The notes beneath the pieces are model-generated. The model did not search any database. It was not told the origin of the DNA and saw only the letters and a list, made by a program, of their open reading frames with translations. Source: Candidatus Poribacteria bacterium (GTDB taxonomy: Bacteria; Poribacteria; WGA-4E; UBA9662). From it: 64,000 bases of DNA. Of the stretch, positions 32,800 to 42,735 are shown piece after piece. The DNA is taken from assembly GCA_046582655.1 (NCBI GenBank), contig JAYGDX010000336.1, positions 9,826 to 73,825 on the forward strand, written 5' to 3'. The translations under genes and the position numbers were made by a program. Within the stretch, counting starts at the first letter, position 1. The number at the start of each line of letters is the position of its first letter.

Positions 32800-33271
32800 T
32801 CCTTACCAATTCTTCCTTCAATTTCCTCAGTACCTTGAGCACCTACTCATTTAGAGTATATTCTTGTGCAAAAATCCAATAGACCAATCTTTCGTATTAC
32901 ATCAGTTAGATACTTTCCCAATTGTAAAATATATGTAGTTTATTAGCAAAATATTTATATTTTTGAAAAAGAGAAGTTAGATTAGTTTTGTGATTGTTAT
33001 AGATAAATGCGTTTAAAGTCCAATCTACCACTGGTTATCCAATAATTAAATTGCTACGCAATGTCAAGCTACACATTATTGTGTGTGGTGGGACTGTGGG
33101 CATCAAGGCATTCTCACCCACTTGCCCTAGCTACCGCATAACATCATCGTCTCTAGTATCCTCATCTACTAAATAATCAACTAAATCTTGGGTGATAGTA
33201 CACACTTCTCTATCCGCATTACTTAATTCTGTGATGAGCCAATCAGATAAAGCATTCTAACACGATTGATT

Positions 33272-34105
33272 CTAGTCGAAGAAGTCATCGCCTAACAGTT
33301 CTCTCACCTCTTGATCTTTTACCAGCTCATTTCGATAGTGCGGTTGTGAAATAACTAACTGTTGCTCAGATGTCAATTCATTGTAAAAAACTGGTGGGGT
33401 ATAGTTCCCCATCAGCGATTCAGCCACTACGCCTGAGTTATAGCGAATGATGACTGAGCGTCTTTGTTGGTCAGTGGTCCACGGTAGACTACCGTGCATC
33501 AAGCATTCCACAAAGAGCACCACATCTCCCGCTTTTGCCGGGATCTGCGCGATGCGATTTTGGTGTGTATGGTAGAGCCGAATCTCACCTGGGCAGGGAA
33601 AATTTGCCTTGTGACTGCCTGGCAGACAGGCAAATCCGCCATCCCCCTCCTCAACATTCGTTAGTTGAACTGCCATGTTGGTCATGCCACAATACATTTT
33701 TCCGTTGCGGTAAAGGTAATTGCGCGATCGATCGTAGGGTTCAGCCCCTTCGTGGAACCAGAACCCTTCCGCTCCTTTGTCCATGGTAATAATGCCCAAT
33801 CCTTCTAGCCGAAATCCTGGACCGAGCAGTTCTTCTAAGTATGGAATCAATTTGGGGTGGGCAATCATCTGACGATAAACGTCACAGTGCGGTTTGTCCC
33901 ACGTCAGCATTCCACCCAGATCACCACGACCCGTTTCGCCAACCAGTGTGGAAGAACCATGCGCCAGATCGTTCGGACGAATGTTAATCTGATCAACGTG
34001 ATGATCGATGGCGGCATTGGCGGCGGTCACTTCGTCAGCGGACAAGGCACCTTCAATCACGAGGTAGCCGTGGACGTCGAATAGATATTTTTCGGTTTCC
34101 GTCAT
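33272..34105 (-). CDS. PhyH family Fe(II)/2OG enzyme with an HxG motif
   Basis: EKYLFDVHGYL, FWFHEG, DGGFACLPGSHK and ECLMHG motifs. Confidence 0.88.
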   Translation of the reverse strand: MTETEKYLFDVHGYLVIEGALSADEVTAANAAIDHHVDQINIRPNDLAHGSSTLVGETGRGDLGGMLTWDKPHCDVYRQMIAHPKLIPYLEELLGPGFRLEGLGIITMDKGAEGFWFHEGAEPYDRSRNYLYRNGKMYCGMTNMAVQLTNVEEGDGGFACLPGSHKANFPCPGEIRLYHTHQNRIAQIPAKAGDVVLFVECLMHGSLPWTTDQQRRSVIIRYNSGVVAESLMGNYTPPVFYNELTSEQQLVISQPHYRNELVKDQEVRELLGDDFFD

Positions 34106-34389
34106 GGATTGATATTCCTTTCTTTCGTGCTGAAAATTCGGATGGATCATTCTATCACGATGAATGTGTTGGAGTAAAGAGGTGAGGTGGCTGACAATAA
34201 TTGGTTTTGACAAGTAGCACGGTTGGTTCTTACGAGGCAAGAATTGGCGTTTAAGTCAGATTCCCAGGCGGCGGGTTTTAATTTTAATAGTGACAGGATG
34301 TTTTACGATAGGGAACTGGCTTGTGCCAAATTGTAAAGCCCCTAACCGTTTTGCCTTCGAAATCAAGCGTTACAATACTCTTGCCCAAG

Positions 34390-34785
34390 CTACAGTCGAT
34401 TAAGATACACCTTGGTGGAGACAAAACGCATCGTTCTCCTGATTTGACGCCAAGAACACATGGACACGGTCCTGATATGGAGCAATCGACTCCAGGCTGG
34501 AAAGAGGATGTTCATATCCACCGGAAAGCATCAAGGATGCGCAGTTCTCCCCTCCTCGATGAGAATATTGTGGAGTGCTTCGAGTTTGATCTCCTCTCTC
34601 ATACTGGCTCGGATGGATTCCGGAAATGACTTAGATGCCGCGTTCCTCAGGCAGGGGAGAATATATCCACGTGATGTACTCGATGCCGTGGCTAACTACT
34701 TAGGCCAGAAAAAGTCTCGTTCCCATGCCAATTGCTTGACCCCATGATACAGGCATTCTGGCAGTTGAATCTGCGCCTTTACCAT
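34390..34785 (-). pseudogene. Decayed type II toxin-antitoxin module (RHH/VapB-like antitoxin plus VapC PIN toxin fragment)
   Basis: Frame-corrected MVKAQIQLPECLYHGVKQLAWERDF-LA*VVSHGIEYI; TGATG junction at 34533-34529; then MLS-VDMNILFPA-LESIAPYQDRVHVFL. Confidence 0.6.
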
Positions 34786-35051
34786 GATGGCAAAATCCGC
34801 CCATTGCATTCATTATATTTCAATGCCAGTTCTGCGATCCGTTTTCGGACAAATTCGGTCCATTGGGACGTACGATTGCGTTCACAAGTCGATTGCCGCG
34901 GTGAGTTTTGAGGACGACTCTTTTGTGTTTATATATTGGAATGATCTCTTCACGACGAATCTTTTTGCTCAACCTATGAGTGTTGTCATCTATACTGATC
35001 AGTGATAGTGTATAGACAGTTGAATTTCTAACCAAAGGAGGGAAATGACTT

Positions 35052-36080
35052 GTGTTGAGAGTAGGAATTGTCGGTTGTGGTGGCATCGCCGAGCGGCGGC
35101 ACGGACCAGTGCTGGCAAGTTTGAATGATCGAGTTAAGATTGGAGCGCTGGCAGATCTGGCGCAGGAGCGCACTGAGTTGATGGGTGGTAAACTCGGGGT
35201 TGCATCTGAACACCTTTATAGTGATTGGGAGAAGATGTTTGCCCAAGAGGAATTGGACTTGGTCCATATCTGCACGCCCCACCATTTGCATGAACCCCAA
35301 GCTATCGCCGCAATGGAAGCCGGTGCTCATGTGTTCCTAGAAAAACCTATAGCCACCAGTTTGGAGGAAGTAGATCGAATGATTGCCGTGGCTGAACAAA
35401 CTGGTTGTAAGCTGACAGTAGGCCATAATCAGCTCTTTTCATCTGTACACCGGGTGACAATGGAACAAATTCGAGCAGGCGTGATTGGCGAAGTGTTTCT
35501 AGTGCGTTCCGAGGGATTCAGCAGTTCCCATGTGGTGGGTCGCGGGATAAACCAGCAGTGGCGCACCCAGACTAAAACCGGCGGTGGAGGTCCTCTTATC
35601 GATAACGGTTATCACCAAGTCTACAATGCTATCGACTATATTGGTTCGCCAGCGGTACGTGTCTACGCACGGATTGGCCGCTATGTGCACGATATTCAAG
35701 TGGAAGACACGGCGTTGGTTTTGATTGAGCACGCCAGCGGAGCGACTACCTCGCTACAGGTAGGTTGGTCCGCCTTGGCAGGCGCAGTAGGTGTGAATGA
35801 GGTTCTGGGCACCGAGGGGCAGATTCGCTTTGGTGGGGGGGAAGCGCCAGTGTCAGTTTGGCGCAGGGAGACAGGAAAGTGGACACAGCCGATAGTGGAA
35901 GCGGAAGGGCCGGATGAATTGGGATTTCCAGTGGTGGTTCGGCACTTCGTAGATGCAATAGAAAACAATGGGGAGGTTCCAGTATCGGGAGCCGAAGGAC
36001 GCCATATTTTGGCTATTGTACTAGCAGCCTATGAATCCGGTAAGAGTGGTCAATCTGTGGAGGTAGATGCCTATGAATGA
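35052..36080 (+). CDS. Gfo/Idh/MocA family oxidoreductase
   Basis: VGIVGCGGIA, ICTPHHLH, HVFLEKP, GGGPLIDNGYH and VED motifs. Confidence 0.92.
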   Translation: MLRVGIVGCGGIAERRHGPVLASLNDRVKIGALADLAQERTELMGGKLGVASEHLYSDWEKMFAQEELDLVHICTPHHLHEPQAIAAMEAGAHVFLEKPIATSLEEVDRMIAVAEQTGCKLTVGHNQLFSSVHRVTMEQIRAGVIGEVFLVRSEGFSSSHVVGRGINQQWRTQTKTGGGGPLIDNGYHQVYNAIDYIGSPAVRVYARIGRYVHDIQVEDTALVLIEHASGATTSLQVGWSALAGAVGVNEVLGTEGQIRFGGGEAPVSVWRRETGKWTQPIVEAEGPDELGFPVVVRHFVDAIENNGEVPVSGAEGRHILAIVLAAYESGKSGQSVEVDAYE

Positions 36081-36918
36081 AACTCCGTTTAAACTAAGCT
36101 ATATCCTAGCTTCGTGCATGTACGGTACTATGCCCTTAGTCGAGATTGTATCCGAAGTGCCGAAGATCGGGAGCCAGCATATTGATATCTGGCCGCGGGT
36201 TCACGGTAACCAGAGGGAACAGGTGGAATCTATGGGCCATGAGGCTTTTGCGGAGTTACTTAAAACGCACGGAGTAAAGCTAGGGATATCAACGCGTTTC
36301 GATCTGGGTCCCTTTGTTTTAGAAAAAGAAATGGAATTCGTCCACGAGTTCGGGGGGGCTCTTATTGTGTGCGGTAGTAAGGGACCTAGCAATTTAGAAG
36401 GTGAAGAATTGCGTATGGCAGTGGCCGAGTTTGCCGAAGCGTTGAAGCCTCACATCGCTGTTGCAGAGAAACATGGCATTACCATCAGCATTGAGAACCA
36501 TGGTAATGCGCTAATAGAAACACCAGACTCAATGAAGTGGTTAATCGAATATACCCGATCACCGCACCTAGGGATTGCCCTAGCGCCCTACCATTTGCCA
36601 GACAACGCCCAATTGGTAGCACAATTGATTGGGGAACTGGCTGAAGGCTTGTCGCTCTTCTATGCTTGGCAGCATGGCATGGGTTGCCAAGAGAAATTCC
36701 CTAGAGAACAAGAGCTAATGCAGATGCCGGGACGGGGATCCTTGGATTTTGCACCGATTCTTGCTGCCTTGAAAAGGATCAACTATTCCGGCTGGACTGA
36801 GATCTTCATGCACCCTGTTCCTCGGGGAATCCCAATTATGGATTCGACAGAGGGGGTAACCGACGAAATTAACCGTGCTCGATCTTATCTGGACAAGCTC
36901 ATCCCAGTAGTCTATTGA
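36067..36918 (+). CDS. Sugar phosphate isomerase/epimerase (TIM barrel)
   Basis: IDIWP, IENHG, LAPYHL and YSGWTEIFMHP motifs; overlaps the upstream stop. Confidence 0.8.
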   Translation: MPMNETPFKLSYILASCMYGTMPLVEIVSEVPKIGSQHIDIWPRVHGNQREQVESMGHEAFAELLKTHGVKLGISTRFDLGPFVLEKEMEFVHEFGGALIVCGSKGPSNLEGEELRMAVAEFAEALKPHIAVAEKHGITISIENHGNALIETPDSMKWLIEYTRSPHLGIALAPYHLPDNAQLVAQLIGELAEGLSLFYAWQHGMGCQEKFPREQELMQMPGRGSLDFAPILAALKRINYSGWTEIFMHPVPRGIPIMDSTEGVTDEINRARSYLDKLIPVVY

Positions 36919-37055
36919 TTTTTTTATATAGCTCTTTTCCTCATGGCTTTTCTTAGTCTATTTCTTTTACTGGCAAAAATGTCAGCAAATTGCTATCATA
37001 AGCTATCCGTAGTGTAGATAGCTTAATTTAACCTTATAATGATTAGGAGTTAGCA

Positions 37056-37817
37056 ATGCAGAAATTCCGTTGCTCAATAGCTTGCAAGTTTTCACTTGTT
37101 CTTCTCTTCCTTTCCGCCAGTTTAATAAGCCATGCGCTAACTTATGACTTTGTTGGAAAAGATGCACAAAAATGGTTTGACGAGTTTATCAAGAGTGCAG
37201 ATACGACCGAGTCTGGGGATGCTGGATGGCATTTAACTGCAAATGGATTAGAAACCAATGATAACGTTGGAACTGGCCATCAAAGAATCGGGATAAAAAA
37301 AGACTGGACGGATTACACTCTCGAGTCTAAATATCAGTATGTGAAACAAGGTGCACACAAAGAAGCCCACCTATACATTCGCTGGAAAGGTGAAAAGGAT
37401 AACTACTTCTTCCGAACCATTGGCAGAAAAAATGGCGGTGGAGCGGGAAGTGGTTACAGCATTGAATGGCTTCGTAAAGTTGGTGGGAAAGACAATGAAG
37501 GTGATCTTACTAAGGATGGAGATGACATAAAAATCCTTGGTAAGTTACAAGACAAGACTCTCTATGGTCTTCGAGGTGAAATTAAGGGAGAATCACTAAA
37601 AGTTGATTTCTTTAAAGACAATAAATGGATTCCAATCAATGAGGTGAAATATCCCGGCACTCATAAAACAGGTGGAATTGGTGTTGGCCGTGCCACCGCT
37701 CAGGTTGCCTGGCAATACCTCAAGGTTAACGGACCAGGAATCCCTAAAGATGCCACTACTCCTGTTGAAGCTCTCAACAGGTTAGCGACAACATGGGGTA
37801 AGCTCAAAAGGCCTTAA
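37056..37817 (+). CDS. Secreted beta-sandwich (DUF1080-like) protein with the conserved C-terminal W-x-x-L-K tail, paralog 1
   Basis: Signal peptide; WTDYTLE and GGIGVG motifs; ends PVEALNRLATTWGKLKRP. Confidence 0.7.
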   Translation: MQKFRCSIACKFSLVLLFLSASLISHALTYDFVGKDAQKWFDEFIKSADTTESGDAGWHLTANGLETNDNVGTGHQRIGIKKDWTDYTLESKYQYVKQGAHKEAHLYIRWKGEKDNYFFRTIGRKNGGGAGSGYSIEWLRKVGGKDNEGDLTKDGDDIKILGKLQDKTLYGLRGEIKGESLKVDFFKDNKWIPINEVKYPGTHKTGGIGVGRATAQVAWQYLKVNGPGIPKDATTPVEALNRLATTWGKLKRP

Positions 37818-37840
37818 CACTCGAAGAATATCGTGATATT

Positions 37841-37872
37841 AGTGAATAGGAGCTAGGTAGCTCCTATTCGCT
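37841..37872. terminator. Strong hairpin between the two paralogs
   Basis: AGTGAATAGGAGCTA-GG-TAGCTCCTATTCGCT inverted repeat; no long U-tract. Confidence 0.5.
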
Positions 37873-37934
37873 GGTCACTTGAAATGTGATTTGCGGCTTA
37901 TGAAAAAATCCTAAGAATTAGAAGGAGAGATAAC

Positions 37935-38693
37935 TTGTTGAAGAGACTCTATCGATTCCCTTTTTTAAATCTATTTCTAGTTGTACTATTCATTTTATGT
38001 CACCAATCCAGTTATGCATTAACCTTTGATTTTGTCGGCCCAGATGCTAAAAAGTGGTTTAACGAGTTTGTTAAGCACGACAATGTTGAGCTTGGTGCGG
38101 GTGATGCAGGTTGGGAACTGACCAAGGATGGTTTTACAACTGATGACAATGTTGGTACAGGTCATCAACGAATCGGCATTTATGAAGCAAAGTGGACGGA
38201 TTACACCATCGAATCAAAGTATCAGTACTTGAAGTTTGGTGCTCATAAAGAAGCCCACTTATACATTCGTTGGGTTGATCAAGCAAATAACTACTTCTTC
38301 CGAACTATTGGAAGAAAAAACGGTGCTGGAGCGGGAAGTGGTTACAGTATTGAATGGCTTCGTAAAGTTGGCGGGGGAGACAACGAAGGGGATATCACAG
38401 ATGACAAGAAAGTCGTTGGCGAGCTCAAGGAAAAGGAGCTTTATGGCCTTCGAGGTGAAATTAAAGGTGAATTACTAAAAGTTGATTTCTTCAAAGACAA
38501 TAAGTGGAGGGAAGCAGGTCAGATAGAATACCCTGGTACTCATAAAAAAGGTGGAGTTGGTTTTGGTCGTGCCACCGCTAAAGTTGCTTGGCAATATCTG
38601 CGTATCAACGGTAAAGGTATTCCGAAGGATAACCTGCCAGTGGAAGCTTTGAATAGGCTGGCAACCACTTGGGGTAAACTTAAAAGGCCATAA
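37935..38693 (+). CDS. Secreted DUF1080-like protein with the conserved C-terminal tail, paralog 2
   Basis: Colinear with 37056-37817 (shared DNVGTGHQRIGI, GAHKEAHLYIRW, NYFFRTIGRKNG) and the same C-terminus. Confidence 0.7.
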   Translation: MLKRLYRFPFLNLFLVVLFILCHQSSYALTFDFVGPDAKKWFNEFVKHDNVELGAGDAGWELTKDGFTTDDNVGTGHQRIGIYEAKWTDYTIESKYQYLKFGAHKEAHLYIRWVDQANNYFFRTIGRKNGAGAGSGYSIEWLRKVGGGDNEGDITDDKKVVGELKEKELYGLRGEIKGELLKVDFFKDNKWREAGQIEYPGTHKKGGVGFGRATAKVAWQYLRINGKGIPKDNLPVEALNRLATTWGKLKRP

Positions 38694-38725
38694 AGTTCGA
38701 CAATTATCAACAAATTTATCAAGCA

Positions 38726-38773
38726 TAAACAAAAATTGCCGAGGTTCTTGCGAATCTCGGCAATTTTTGTTTA
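38726..38773. terminator. Rho-independent (probably bidirectional) terminator
   Basis: TAAACAAAAATTGCCGAG-loop-CTCGGCAATTTTTGTTTA. Confidence 0.8.
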
Positions 38774-38783
38774 GATTAATATT

Positions 38784-40412
38784 ATGACCAGATTCTGTTA
38801 CATTTCTCTGATCCTTTGTCTCCCATTTTTAAGTCAATCAGCGACATTTGTCGACGTTTCCGAGGTTTCAGGACTCACAGCTGTAACTTATGCGGGAAGC
38901 AAAGCAAAAAATCATCTACTCGAATCCACTGGTAATGGGGCAGCTTTTTTTGATTATGACCGTGATGGTTATGCAGATATTTATCTGGTTAATGGCTGGG
39001 AAATTACCGAAGGCTTGCCATCGAATAAAGGCACAAATATACTTTACCGCAATCTAGGAGACGGAACTTTCGAAGATCAAACAATTAATGCCGGGGTCGG
39101 TGATGATAGTTGGGGATGCGGTGTGTGTGTCGCCGACTTCAATGGCGATGGGTGGCTTGATCTCTATGTCACCAACTTTGGACCGAACTGTCTCTACAAA
39201 AACAATGGAGATGGGACGTTTAGCAATATTGCTGAACGTGTTGGTGTTGCAAATGGTGGATGGAGTGTTGGGGCAACGTTCTTCGATGCTGACAAAGATA
39301 ACGATCTAGATCTGTATGTAGTGAATTACGTTGACTGTTCTATATCAGATGTCTTAGCGGCCAAGAGGACTTTGGACTGGCAGAGCGTAGAAAAAGTAAT
39401 GGTTGGCCCAAAAGGTTTGAAGGGTGGAATAGACGCATTCTATCAGAATGATGGAAGTGGCAACTTTACGGAGAAGACATCTGAAGTCGGCCTGATCGAC
39501 ATTGATGAATTTTATGGATTAGGCGTTTGCGCAACAGACTACGATTTGGATGGCGATACCGATTTATTCGTCGCTAATGATGCTAGTGCAAATTACCTGT
39601 ACCAAAACGACGGTAGCGGGGTTTTTATTGAAATTGGCAGTTTAGCCGGAGCAAGTTATGGCGATTCCGGAGAAGCCCAGGCTTGCATGGGGGTTGATTT
39701 TGCCGATTATGATAGTGATGGTGATTTCGATGGTTGGGTCACTAATTTTACGGGTGAGTGTAGTAGTTTATATCGAAACATGGATGGCTTTTTTTTTGAA
39801 AATGCGACAAAATCTGTTGGCCTATGGCAATCGACTTATTTACCAATGAGTTGGGGAACAGGGTTTTTCGATTTTGATAACGATGCGGACTTAGATCTAT
39901 TCATTGCGAATGGACATATTTATCCGCAAGTAAACAGACACCCTGAATATGGCCAAACCTATGCACAAACTAACCAGATATTCAGCAATGACAACGGTAC
40001 TTTTATTGATATATCTAAAGTTGCGGGAGAGGGATTGCAAGTAAGTTTATCCAGTCGTGGTACTGCGTTCGCCGACTATGACAATGATGGTGACATTGAT
40101 ATTCTGGTGGTAAATATGGATGCTCCACCGACACTCCTTCGAAACGAGACTCGCCCTTCTCAAAATTGGTTGATAGTTCAAGTTGAAAACCGTTCGGTCA
40201 TCGGGGTGAAAGTTATAGTTCAAACTAAGAATTTAAAACAGATTCGTGAAGGTCGCTCAGGTAGTAGCTATGCTTCTCAGAACAATCTTCGTTTTCATTT
40301 TGGGCTTGGCAAAAACATAGAAGTGGAGTTGGTAAAGATAACGTGGCTTAGTGGCCGAAGCTCAGAATTCACTGATGTTGCTGCTAACCAGATCTTAAAA
40401 ATTGATAATTGA
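38784..40412 (+). CDS. CRTAC1 family protein (FG-GAP/VCBS repeats with a C-terminal ASPIC/UnbV domain)
   Basis: Repeated DYDxDGxxD motifs; SRGTAFADYDNDGDID and GSSYASQN...HFGLG motifs. Confidence 0.92.
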   Translation: MTRFCYISLILCLPFLSQSATFVDVSEVSGLTAVTYAGSKAKNHLLESTGNGAAFFDYDRDGYADIYLVNGWEITEGLPSNKGTNILYRNLGDGTFEDQTINAGVGDDSWGCGVCVADFNGDGWLDLYVTNFGPNCLYKNNGDGTFSNIAERVGVANGGWSVGATFFDADKDNDLDLYVVNYVDCSISDVLAAKRTLDWQSVEKVMVGPKGLKGGIDAFYQNDGSGNFTEKTSEVGLIDIDEFYGLGVCATDYDLDGDTDLFVANDASANYLYQNDGSGVFIEIGSLAGASYGDSGEAQACMGVDFADYDSDGDFDGWVTNFTGECSSLYRNMDGFFFENATKSVGLWQSTYLPMSWGTGFFDFDNDADLDLFIANGHIYPQVNRHPEYGQTYAQTNQIFSNDNGTFIDISKVAGEGLQVSLSSRGTAFADYDNDGDIDILVVNMDAPPTLLRNETRPSQNWLIVQVENRSVIGVKVIVQTKNLKQIREGRSGSSYASQNNLRFHFGLGKNIEVELVKITWLSGRSSEFTDVAANQILKIDN

Positions 40413-41980
40413 TATCAAAACCCTTTAACTCCAATGCGTTAAAAAATCCCTGTTTCTCTATGGTTCACAGATTAACTACAGCGGTCTGGATTCTCTTTCT
40501 TTTGCTACTGATGGTCTATAATCCTAGTCAGGCGAATCCGGTTGATCAAGCGAAAAAATTAAGTGCCGAGGGGCTAGAACTTGCCAGAAAAAACAGGATA
40601 GATGAGGCTATTGATAAATTTAATCACTCGTTAGAGATGAATCCAAGGGACGGGGAAACTTATGTTCATTTAGCAAATGCGTATCTTCAAATTTCAAATC
40701 TAGATGCTGCAGAAGTTGCGTGCCAACAAGCCAAGCTTTTTCTGCCCGAGATGGCCGAGGTCTATGCAACCATGTCACAAATCTTCCATAGACGTGGGGA
40801 GTTGGAAGCGGCAAAAAGAGAATATGAGCAAGCTATACGATTGGATTCTAATGTTGCAGAATACCACTATGATTTAGCAAATGTCTATCATAGCCTCGGT
40901 CAATTTAAAGCGGCAAAAAAAGAATATCTTGCAACTTTAGATCTTTCCCCTAAATCGCCTTTGGTTTATCATAATCTGGGTGAGATCTATCATCTGGAAG
41001 GGAAATTGGATCAAGCCATAGAAGCATATCAAAAATCGCTATCATATTCCAATGATGACCAAAATACTAAAAAGCGCCTCAATGAGGTGATTCAAAAAAA
41101 ACAAGAGCAAATTGGTAAAGAAATCTTACGGAACCAATTAGCAATCGTACATGATCCTGATAACGCACAAAAATATAGGAAACTTGCCTTATCCTACTAT
41201 CGAACCAGACAGCTAGAAGAAGCAATAAAATCGCTTCAAGTGGCATTGTATCTAGAGCCCAATTCCGAGCAAATACGTTATGATCTTGAAAACGTGCTCC
41301 AGCAGAAAAAGAATGCACTTGAGGAGGTTCTCTCAGATCGACTGGAACGTATTGAGCTTGAACCGCGAAACCCCGAGTACCACCACGACCTTGGACTAAT
41401 CTATTTTAATCAAGATAATTTGACTGAAGCAGAGAAGCATTTTCGACTTGCGCTTGAATCAAATTCAAACCTTAGTATTGTATGGCTAAGTTTAGGTAAG
41501 CTACTAAAAAAGACCAAGGAACGTACTGCGGCAAGACAAGCCTTGCAACGATGCATTCGCTTAGACCCGAGTTCCCCAGATACGTACCAACATTTGGGCC
41601 TTCTTGAGAAAACTGATGATAATTTTGATCTCGCAATTCATCATTTGCTCAAAGCTAAATCTATTTTAAGATCGAATCAACAAATTTACAATTTACATTC
41701 ATCAGCAAAATTTCGGAACCAGCTGGCTGTAGTGCACTTTCATTTGGGAGAAACCTATCACCATCAAAAAAAATTAAAAGATGCGATGACTGCTTACCAT
41801 ACTGCTATTCGCTTAAAGCCTGACTATGTCCTAGCCTACCTTCGGTTAGCGGATATATATCGGAATATTGGCAATGATGGTTCATCTTTAAGTTTTTATA
41901 ACCGATTTCTGAAATTAGCTAGCCCAAGGCAACAGCTAGATACAGAAGTAAGAAGGGTTAGCGAAATACTGAAACAGTAG
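40409..41980 (+). CDS. Tetratricopeptide repeat protein
   Basis: Many TPR units (YHNLGEIY, HHDLGLIY, HFHLGETY); N-terminal hydrophobic segment; coupled to CRTAC1. Confidence 0.9.
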   Translation: MISKPFNSNALKNPCFSMVHRLTTAVWILFLLLLMVYNPSQANPVDQAKKLSAEGLELARKNRIDEAIDKFNHSLEMNPRDGETYVHLANAYLQISNLDAAEVACQQAKLFLPEMAEVYATMSQIFHRRGELEAAKREYEQAIRLDSNVAEYHYDLANVYHSLGQFKAAKKEYLATLDLSPKSPLVYHNLGEIYHLEGKLDQAIEAYQKSLSYSNDDQNTKKRLNEVIQKKQEQIGKEILRNQLAIVHDPDNAQKYRKLALSYYRTRQLEEAIKSLQVALYLEPNSEQIRYDLENVLQQKKNALEEVLSDRLERIELEPRNPEYHHDLGLIYFNQDNLTEAEKHFRLALESNSNLSIVWLSLGKLLKKTKERTAARQALQRCIRLDPSSPDTYQHLGLLEKTDDNFDLAIHHLLKAKSILRSNQQIYNLHSSAKFRNQLAVVHFHLGETYHHQKKLKDAMTAYHTAIRLKPDYVLAYLRLADIYRNIGNDGSSLSFYNRFLKLASPRQQLDTEVRRVSEILKQ

Positions 41981-42184
41981 GTGAATATCTGATTCTGATT
42001 AACTTATCTTTCAGTCAGTAATCGGAAAATTACCAATGTATCCTCTTGGTCAGAAGACATGGTGGACAGCGTCACACGGTGTTTGATTGCTGCATTGCCG
42101 AAGACCGACCGAGGCTGCGGTACCGGACTGTATGGGATTGGCACCACAAATAAGGTATTATAAATAGTTTCGCCTTTATACGTT

Positions 42185-42216
42185 AATAATTTCCTGAGGA
42201 TCCTTAGGAAATTATT
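42185..42216. terminator. 32-bp near-perfect palindrome, possibly a terminator or protein-binding site
   Basis: AATAATTTCCTGAGGATCCTTAGGAAATTATT; overlaps the stop of the small ORF at 42212-42355. Confidence 0.5.
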
Positions 42217-42355
42217 TTGAATTGGGCTCGCCGTATGCACAACCGGGAATCTTCTCCGGTGGCAGACCATTTCCCTTTCCCCCGGCAAAGGCGGTCAGGC
42301 AAAGCAACGTGACGGTGGCTAGCGTCAACAATCGTATAATCGTGCGTGGCATCAT
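42212..42355 (-). CDS. 47-aa signal-peptide-bearing small ORF or truncated gene stub
   Basis: GAAGGAG RBS, then MMPRTIIRLLTLATVTLLCLTAFA/GGKGNGLPPEKIPGCAYGEPNSK*. Confidence 0.45.
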   Translation of the reverse strand: MMPRTIIRLLTLATVTLLCLTAFAGGKGNGLPPEKIPGCAYGEPNSK

Positions 42356-42735
42356 GTCTCCTTCCATTACGGGGTTCCCTCTCTTGGTGTAACCCCACCT
42401 CTATTCGATATAAAGGTAACCTGAGCTCAACTGATTTGACTGTTTGACTATAAGAATAGGGGGTAACTAACATCATTACTTGGTAAAAACCTTGTGTTTG
42501 ATAGTCATTTTTATATTTAACCTTTTTCTAGGGAAGACGTTGAGACAGTTTTGAAATCAGTTTTAGTCTTGCTCCTTTGCTTATTTTAAGAAGAACTTGA
42601 ACAGGCTTTCAGGCGTTTGGTTGCATGACTCTTATTATTGGATTGGTCTATTATACTTGAAAGCAACTTGTTGGTTTAGGATTACTTTACCAACCCAATT
42701 GAATAACCCACTCTACTAAATTGGAGGGAAAATTA

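Noticed and set aside
42004..42476. GC-rich intergenic stretch as a riboswitch or known ncRNA
   Set aside because: No TPP, cobalamin, SAM, tmRNA or RNase P consensus was recognised; a small ORF plus hairpins explains it better.
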